A stretch of 49,971 bases of DNA from Thermoplasmata archaeon (GTDB lineage: Archaea; Thermoplasmatota; Thermoplasmata; Lutacidiplasmatales; UBA184). This document shows, piece by piece, positions 44,374 to 49,971 of this stretch. The translations under genes were made by a program, and so were the position numbers. The notes under the pieces are model-generated. The model saw only the letters and a list, made by a program, of their open reading frames with translations. It was not told the DNA's origin and ran no database searches. The DNA lies in the NCBI GenBank assembly GCA_028864975.1, contig JAGWLG010000029.1:1-49971 (forward strand), written 5' to 3'. The stretch's first letter is position 1. Every line of letters starts with the position of its first letter.

Positions 44374-45675
44374 CTACTTGAAGACCTCGCCGCAGGTAGG
44401 ACAACGGTACTCAATCTCATCCGGCCTTGAGCCCGGGACGGCGGATGCGAACGCGATCGCCCTCGACCTGCACTCGGCCTTAGAGAGCGTCAGCTGGAGT
44501 CCTTCCAGCGTGAGCGTAACCTGGGTCCCGTCTCTGACCCAGTTTGATAGGCTGTACCATGCGTGAGCATACTTGCGATCGATCTGCAACGCCCGCTCGT
44601 AGCACGACAAGGGTGTGACCCTGACGGGGGACCCGCTCAAGGTAATCGAAACCTCCCCGTCGTGGGGAAGGCTACCCGCGAGGGACTCCCACGCGCTCGC
44701 GCTGTTAGGATCGAGCTCAAGCGCGCGCTCAAAACAAGCTCGCTTCGTGAATGGGACAGTCTCCCCCTTGAGGTGGAGCGGGAGGGCACTGTCCTTGGAC
44801 ACCGCGGCTCCCACGCTGGCCCAGAGCCCCGCGTCCGAGGGGTCGAGCTCCAGGGCGCGTTTGAAACACTCCAGCTTCGAGACCTTCACCGGCCGTCCCT
44901 GGAGATGCAGGGTCTCGGTCCCCCCCTCCGGCACCTGTCGCCCAAGGTTGTACCAGGCTTGGTAGACGCTCGGGTCGAGACGGAGGGCTCGCTCGTAGCA
45001 CTCATTCTTCGAGACCGTCGTAGATTGGCCCTCCAGCATGAGCGTGGCGCTCGCCCCTGGCTCGAGGCAGTTCCCCAGGTTCACGAAGGCTTCGGCGCGA
45101 TGGAATCCCAGTCGCAGGGCCCGTTCGTAGCACTCTCTATTGGAGAGGGAGAGCTGCATCCCCTCCACGACGAGCGAGATCCGTTCGTCGTCGGGAATGA
45201 CGGTGCCGAGGTTGTACCAGTGGGCTCCATCGTTCGGACCGAGCTGGAGAGCGCGCTCGTAGCACTCTTGCTGGCTGAACGAAAGGGTCCGGTCGCCCAG
45301 ACGAAGATCGACCCGGCCCCCGCGGGGCAAGGAGGCGCCCAGGTTCCGCCAGGCCCAGACAAAGTTGGGGTCGAGTTGGAGGGAGCGTTCATAACAACCC
45401 GTTTCCGAGAACTGCCGAGCACAACCCCCGTCGTCGATGGTCGCTTCCCCGCTAGCCCCAAGGGCGGAGCCGAGCCTGAGCCAGGCCCCGGACGAGTTCG
45501 GCGCCAGGTGGACGGCGTTCTGGAAGCAGACCAACTGAGTTACTCTGACGGGCCGCCCCTCGATCAGCACCGTCGCGACCTTCCCGGGAGGAAGCTTCTC
45601 TCCCAGCCTGATCCAGTCACGAAAGTTGGTGTGGTCGACGGCAAGAGCCTCCCCCGAGGACCAGCCGCCGTTCAT
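44374..45675 (-). CDS. Non-canonical TPR-like repeat protein (44-aa period)
   Basis: About 8.5 repeats of C[YF]ERAL.LDP....AW.NLG plus a beta-rich insert, with a C-terminal CPTC. The start was re-assigned to ATG 45675. Confidence 0.85.
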   Translation of the reverse strand: MNGGWSSGEALAVDHTNFRDWIRLGEKLPPGKVATVLIEGRPVRVTQLVCFQNAVHLAPNSSGAWLRLGSALGASGEATIDDGGCARQFSETGCYERSLQLDPNFVWAWRNLGASLPRGGRVDLRLGDRTLSFSQQECYERALQLGPNDGAHWYNLGTVIPDDERISLVVEGMQLSLSNRECYERALRLGFHRAEAFVNLGNCLEPGASATLMLEGQSTTVSKNECYERALRLDPSVYQAWYNLGRQVPEGGTETLHLQGRPVKVSKLECFKRALELDPSDAGLWASVGAAVSKDSALPLHLKGETVPFTKRACFERALELDPNSASAWESLAGSLPHDGEVSITLSGSPVRVTPLSCYERALQIDRKYAHAWYSLSNWVRDGTQVTLTLEGLQLTLSKAECRSRAIAFASAVPGSRPDEIEYRCPTCGEVFK

Positions 45676-46119
45676 GGGAGGACCGTACCTTGTTCCTCGG
45701 CTTGAACCTACCTCGTGGGAACGCGGATCTCGACCGGGGGGACCGTTCACTCCCGCCGCCGGGCCCATCCTCAGTCCCCGGCATCGCGCCGGGACGGGTA
45801 ATACCCCCCGATCCGCCCGCGCGCCCGACCAGACGGCTTCGCGGTGCGGCTCGGCGACGGGGGGCCCGAGCTTGGGCGCGTGAATCGCGATGACCTGGCT
45901 CCCACGAACGACCACCCCTCGGAGCCGGGGGCCTGGGGCGGCTCCGAGGTCCGACGCGTCCGAAGCCCTCGCAGGGGGCGAGGATGCGTCTGGAGGGCCC
46001 GCGATCTTCCGCGTCCCTTTCGGGCCGAGATCCTCGGCTCGTGGCGAGCACGGGTGAACGCCGGGGGGGTCCAAACCGCACCGCAACGGTCTTCCATAGG
46101 GATTGGGTCGTCGCGCACG

Positions 46120-46387
46120 ATGACGGGCGCCGGAATCGAGGAGAGGAGGGCGAGGCGCACGGCGCGGCGCGTCGGCCAGGGGTTCATGGGCGCCGGCCTC
46201 ATCGCAGGCATGGCATCAATCGCACGCATCATCATTGCCGAATGGGCGCTCTACCCCCCCGGGGGGTGCCCCCGTGGACTCCGCGACGGTCCAAGGCCTG
46301 CTGGACCTCGCCGCCGGTGTCGTGGGAATCTCCTTGGTCCTCGTAGCGATTGGTGGATGGATTCTCTCGAGGATTTCCAAGCTCTGA
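46120..46387 (+). pseudogene. Two-TM membrane protein gene with a one-base frameshift at a C7-G6-TG-C5 tract
   Basis: TM1 (GFMGAGLIAGMASIARIII) lies in one frame and TM2 (LLDLAAGVVGISLVLVAIGGWIL) in the next. The span is 268 nt (3n+1), with homopolymers at 46254-46273. Confidence 0.65.
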
Positions 46388-46599
46388 GGGTGCTTCCGAG
46401 GGACTCGCCCGCTTGCGGCTCGGTCGCGGGCGAGGGACCCCCCACCTGGGGGACCACCCGAAGAGGACGGGGTCCCTCGCGAGGACACGTCCTCGTCCTC
46501 GCCTCTCGGGGACGCGTCCGAAAGCTGGACGACAACCGCCAGTTCCGTCGCGCGGGCGTGGAAGTCGTGAGGTGAGCTCACCGTAAGCCCCCGGACGTG

Positions 46600-46869
46600 T
46601 TAGTACTGGAACTCGACCGTTCTGCACGTGGTGCAGCGCAGTCCCGCGGCCATCGGGGAGAACGAACCGCGAACCAGGCGGTTCTTCGCTTCGGGCCGTT
46701 CCGCCAGCAGGTCAATCAGGTCTGCACGAGGTGAAGACTGGGCAAGCCAGCCCAGGGTGGTCCCCAGCAAGCGCTTGCCCGGCCCCACGTGGCCAACTTC
46801 GCGTGTACCGCCGCAGCGAGGGCAGGGCGTTGGCGGGGCGGGGGGTCGGTTTCGGGCGGTCTCGGTCAT
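46600..46869 (-). CDS. Zn-ribbon protein (DUF6487-like)
   Basis: CPRCGG..EVG at the N-terminus, an internal W, and A.LRCTTC..VEF at the C-terminus. The start is ATG 46869. Confidence 0.7.
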   Translation of the reverse strand: MTETARNRPPAPPTPCPRCGGTREVGHVGPGKRLLGTTLGWLAQSSPRADLIDLLAERPEAKNRLVRGSFSPMAAGLRCTTCRTVEFQY

Positions 46870-46873
46870 ACAG

Positions 46874-47122
46874 TCACGGGTTGAGAGGGTCGCTGGACAG
46901 GCCCCTCTCACCCCTCACGGAGAGGAACCAGAGGGCGACGCCGGCCACGATGCACGCGGCTCCGACCAGTTCGATGATAAAGGACGCGAGCCCGGCCGTC
47001 GAGCAGTCGGACCACCGGAGTGGAACGGCGAGACAGCTGTCCACGATGTCGCCGAACACGATCAGAAGCCCTCCAAGGGTGATGAGGAGATGCCAGGAGC
47101 GAAGAGCCACGTCCCGGACCAC
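46874..47122 (-). CDS. Small two-TM membrane protein with Cys-paired loop
   Basis: 82 aa with the layout TM - DSCLAVPLRWSDC - TM. Confidence 0.65.
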   Translation of the reverse strand: MVRDVALRSWHLLITLGGLLIVFGDIVDSCLAVPLRWSDCSTAGLASFIIELVGAACIVAGVALWFLSVRGERGLSSDPLNP

Positions 47123-47211
47123 GGAGGCCCGCTACAAGGACTTCGCGCCGGTGTGAAACATGGGGCGGAACGGTTGCCGACTTTGGCGACATTGCACCGT
47201 CCCCCCCGCGG

Positions 47212-47706
47212 CTAGGCGTCCTCACCAGGAGGGGGGAGGTAGATGCCGAGCTTCTCGAGCAGAGAGTGACGGATGGGCGTCCGACGGAAGACCGCTCTCT
47301 GCAGGTCGTCGAGAGCGGAGCTCGGCACGGGGAGCTCGTAGATGATCAGCTTGGCCAGGCTGGCCCCGTTGACGATGGACTCGGCCGCCTCGGTCGGAAG
47401 CCAGATCCACCGGTCGGGAGTCACGGTCAGGAGATCCGTCGAGAAGGGCCAGAAAGTGAATGGCGTTTCATGCGCCTGCTTCGGCACGAAGTGGGCGGCG
47501 CGCGCGACAGGGTTGCGGAAGTCGGTGACCATGAACGCGAGCTCAGGATCGTCCCAGCGTAACGTCCGCGTGCTCGAAGGAGAGTACCTCACGGTGATCG
47601 AAGTGCCATCGATCGAGAGCTGCTCGGCCCATCCGGGTCCCCGAAGGTGGCGGCGCTCCGGACCCAGACGAGAGAGATCGAGGGTGCTCGCTGGGATGGC
47701 GAACAT
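47212..47706 (-). CDS. Hypothetical protein; start uncertain
   Basis: The C-terminal about 165 aa of track ORF 47212..47883 has globular-protein composition (MFAIPASTLDL...), while the upstream part looks non-coding. Confidence 0.45.
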   Translation of the reverse strand: MFAIPASTLDLSRLGPERRHLRGPGWAEQLSIDGTSITVRYSPSSTRTLRWDDPELAFMVTDFRNPVARAAHFVPKQAHETPFTFWPFSTDLLTVTPDRWIWLPTEAAESIVNGASLAKLIIYELPVPSSALDDLQRAVFRRTPIRHSLLEKLGIYLPPPGEDA

Positions 47707-47962
47707 AGCGGTCGTACCCGACACGGCCCAGCTACAAGGACTCCCGCCACCGGGGGTGGGAGGGCCCTCCCCCTTGGGACCCCCCTGCTCGGGGCTGAGG
47801 TCTCGGTGGTCGCCATCCTGGCGTTGATCGCCATCCTCCTGTCGCGTCGAAGACGCCGAACCGATCGGCTCAGTGTCGTGCATCCGCCGGACCTTTCCGG
47901 TCGACCTTGAGGCTCAGGGCGAGAGGCGCCCCCGCCGCCGCCCGCTCGAAGGACCCCTCTGT

Positions 47963-48934
47963 CTACTTGGCGGGGGCTGCTGGGTAGATTCGCGCATCGT
48001 GGCGGGATCGTTGGGCCTCGACAAGGCAGGCCTGGAGGTCCACTTCGCGGGTCCCGACTCGGACGGTCTCGCCAGGGCCGAGTGTGCCCCCCAAGTTTCG
48101 CCAGGCGAGTGAGTTGCAGGGGTCAAGTCGGAGTGCCTCCACGTAGCAAGCACGCTTGTCCACGACCCGCCCGAGCACCTGGATCGTCGCTCCAGCCTCG
48201 AGGGTTGTGCCGAGATTGCTCCACGCACTGGTGTGGGAAGCGTCCAACTGAAGGGCCACCAGGAAACACGACCGCCGGTCGACCAGTCTTCCCGCCGCTT
48301 CGATGCTCTCCCCAGGCAGCAGAGTGAACCCAAGGTCGTTCCATCCCGGAGGGAAGGAAGGGTCCACTCGGATGGCCTCGAGGTAGCAGCCCCGCTTGTC
48401 GATCTCCCGCTCTCCGACCCGGACCCGCTCCCCTGCGGCCAGAGCGTGCCCGAGATTGACCCAGGCGGTGACGAGGGTCGGGTCGAGCTGCAGAGCCTGG
48501 AGGAGGCAGACCCTGCGGTCGACCTCCCGTCCCTCCGCCCGGAGCCTCTCCCCCGGACGAAGCGTGATTCCGAGGTTGGACCAGGCCATTGGGGAAGAGG
48601 GGTTGAGACGTAGGGCCTCAAGGATGCAGGCGCGTCGGTCCATCAGCCGCCCTCGAATGCTCACCTTCTCCGTGCCGTTGAGACTCCCCCCGAGATTGTT
48701 CCAAGCCGGCGAGAACGATGGGTCGAGCCGGACGGCCTCCACATTGCAGGTCCTTCGGTCCACCTCGCGGCTCCAGACGTGAACCTTCTCATTCGGTCCG
48801 AGGACCCTCCCCAATTCGTACCACGCGTGCCCATCCTCGGGGGCCAGTTCGACCTTGCGCGTCGCTTGGGCTGTCGCTTCTGACACGAGCGAAGGAAGGG
48901 TTTCCCCCGAGGATATGCTTTCCGACGGGCTCAC
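47963..48934 (-). CDS. Non-canonical TPR-like repeat protein (40-aa period)
   Basis: About 7 repeats of C..EAL.LDP....AW.NLG..L..GE.V.V.GR.VD.R. The likely start is GTG 48934. Confidence 0.85.
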   Translation of the reverse strand: MSPSESISSGETLPSLVSEATAQATRKVELAPEDGHAWYELGRVLGPNEKVHVWSREVDRRTCNVEAVRLDPSFSPAWNNLGGSLNGTEKVSIRGRLMDRRACILEALRLNPSSPMAWSNLGITLRPGERLRAEGREVDRRVCLLQALQLDPTLVTAWVNLGHALAAGERVRVGEREIDKRGCYLEAIRVDPSFPPGWNDLGFTLLPGESIEAAGRLVDRRSCFLVALQLDASHTSAWSNLGTTLEAGATIQVLGRVVDKRACYVEALRLDPCNSLAWRNLGGTLGPGETVRVGTREVDLQACLVEAQRSRHDARIYPAAPAK

Positions 48935-48995
48935 GCCACAGCGAGCAGTGCCCACGCCGGCGCGCGCTCGAATTCTGAGTCGAGATGACTCACCA

Positions 48996-49244
48996 TCACT
49001 CCGGTCCGACGGGTGTCGTCCTCCGCCGACGCAGCTTGGAGCGGACGACGACGAACCAGCTGCCGCCGGCGAGCGCGGCAAGGAGCCCGACCAGGACCAA
49101 GGTCAGCTCGAGGCGCGTCGTGACCCAAGAGAAGAGCGACCCGGCCAGCCACGCGGTCCAAAAGAGGGTGGCCGCCCAGGCGCCGTAGCGGCGCCTGCGG
49201 TCTCCCGCCGGGTCCAGGAAGCCCCCGCGCAGGTCGCCGGCCAC
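48996..49244 (-). CDS. Small two-TM membrane protein
   Basis: 82 aa with two hydrophobic helices flanked by Arg clusters on both sides. Confidence 0.65.
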   Translation of the reverse strand: MAGDLRGGFLDPAGDRRRRYGAWAATLFWTAWLAGSLFSWVTTRLELTLVLVGLLAALAGGSWFVVVRSKLRRRRTTPVGPE

Positions 49245-49429
49245 GGTCCTTCATGTGAAGCGAGCGACATGAAGGAGCGCCCCGCCGCCGCAAGCTCGAA
49301 GAACCCGTCGGGCGCTTTTCTGAGGAAGACGGGCTCGCGACCCGCGTCACGGTCAGCCCCTACCCCTCGAGCCGCTCGAAGATGCCATGGCCGCCTGGCG
49401 TCCCCCTCCGGGGCGGTCCCGGGTCTCGC

Positions 49430-49699
49430 TCAGACCCGTGTCTTCCCGGCCCTCAAGGGAGCGAGTAGAACTCCGACCGCAGGTCGTGTCCCTGGGCCCT
49501 GGACGGCCCTCAGACGGGCTTCGTAGACCCGGAGGTCCCGCCGGATCGGGCGCATGAGATCGTCCAGCTGGCTCTTCATGAACGCGAAGCCCTCGGGGTC
49601 GTCGGCCATCTCCTGCCGGGTGCCCTCCAGCGCGTGCTCCAAGCGGCGGAGCGCCCGGCGTGACGCGATGAGTTCGCGTCGAGTTCGAATCATGGCCAC
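49430..49699 (-). CDS. Small helical-hairpin protein resembling the N-terminal domain of HigA/XRE-type regulators
   Basis: MIRTRRELIASRRALRRLEHAL...MKSQLDDLMRPIRRDLRVYE; no HTH follows. Confidence 0.55.
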   Translation of the reverse strand: MAMIRTRRELIASRRALRRLEHALEGTRQEMADDPEGFAFMKSQLDDLMRPIRRDLRVYEARLRAVQGPGTRPAVGVLLAPLRAGKTRV

Positions 49700-49971
49700 C
49701 CCTCCATGCGAAGAAGCCCTTTGGACCTATTTGAGCGGTCCTCGGAAAGGCTCTGTCCCAGATTCGGGCCGTGGGTCGGTCAGGTCACTCGTCCGTCCCG
49801 CGTCGGGGCGCCACCTCACCTAGCAGGCGATCTCGTGGTCCCCTTCGCCTTTATCCGTCGCCCACCACGTAGTTCTCCCGTGCCCCCCGTCGTCCTTTCC
49901 CTGACCTTCCCTGTGGCCGACCTGCCGCCCCCGGTCCGCTCGGTCATGGCCGAGTTCCGATTGATGGTCAA

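Noticed and set aside
47700-47760. Possible frameshift joining a hydrophobic stretch (VAGVLVAG/AVSGTTAMFAI) to the 47212 ORF
   Set aside because: It requires adding a base in a G3 run, and the upstream frame has no convincing start. There is too little support without homologues.
31083-49430. Integron-like cassette array suggested by many short co-oriented genes
   Set aside because: No repeated attC-type R''/L''/L'/R' sites follow the genes, orientations are mixed, several genes have their own TATA-like boxes and no integrase is present.
1-49971. CRISPR arrays, rRNA genes and prophage/provirus hallmark genes
   Set aside because: No regularly spaced short direct repeats (the only periodic repeats are intragenic), no rRNA signature segments, and no integrase, capsid or packaging ATPase were recognised.

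Overview
A high-GC window that is most likely archaeal (Thermoplasmata-like). This is an inference from a VAT/Cdc48-type N-domain, an archaeal-type Lhr, TATA-like boxes about 25 bp upstream of start codons, a TPP-riboswitch thiBPQ operon and Cys-paired Ig-like surface repeats. The left 24 kb is housekeeping and metabolic: a thiamine ABC transporter with a TPP riboswitch, a HAD hydrolase, uvrB, larE, lhr and a GltD/SudA-like oxidoreductase. It also holds a tightly coupled bacterial-type pentose-phosphate operon (tkt-pgi-gnd-zwf-pgl-ROK kinase), divergent from a glycogen-debranching-type glycosidase, followed by a TauE/DUF1634 pair. A 2139-aa repetitive surface protein occupies 24.7-31.1 kb. The right 19 kb is an accessory region of short, mostly membrane-protein genes, including several two-helix proteins with Cys-paired loops and some disrupted genes. 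It also contains a Cdc48 N-domain fused to a non-ATPase domain, a VapBC pair, an HTH plus nucleotidyltransferase pair, a methyltransferase, an alpha/beta hydrolase, an IS110 transposase, two non-canonical TPR-like repeat proteins and several strong palindromes. No rRNA, tRNA or CRISPR array was seen. All family assignments come from motif recognition by eye, not database searches, and several start codons were re-assigned by hand.
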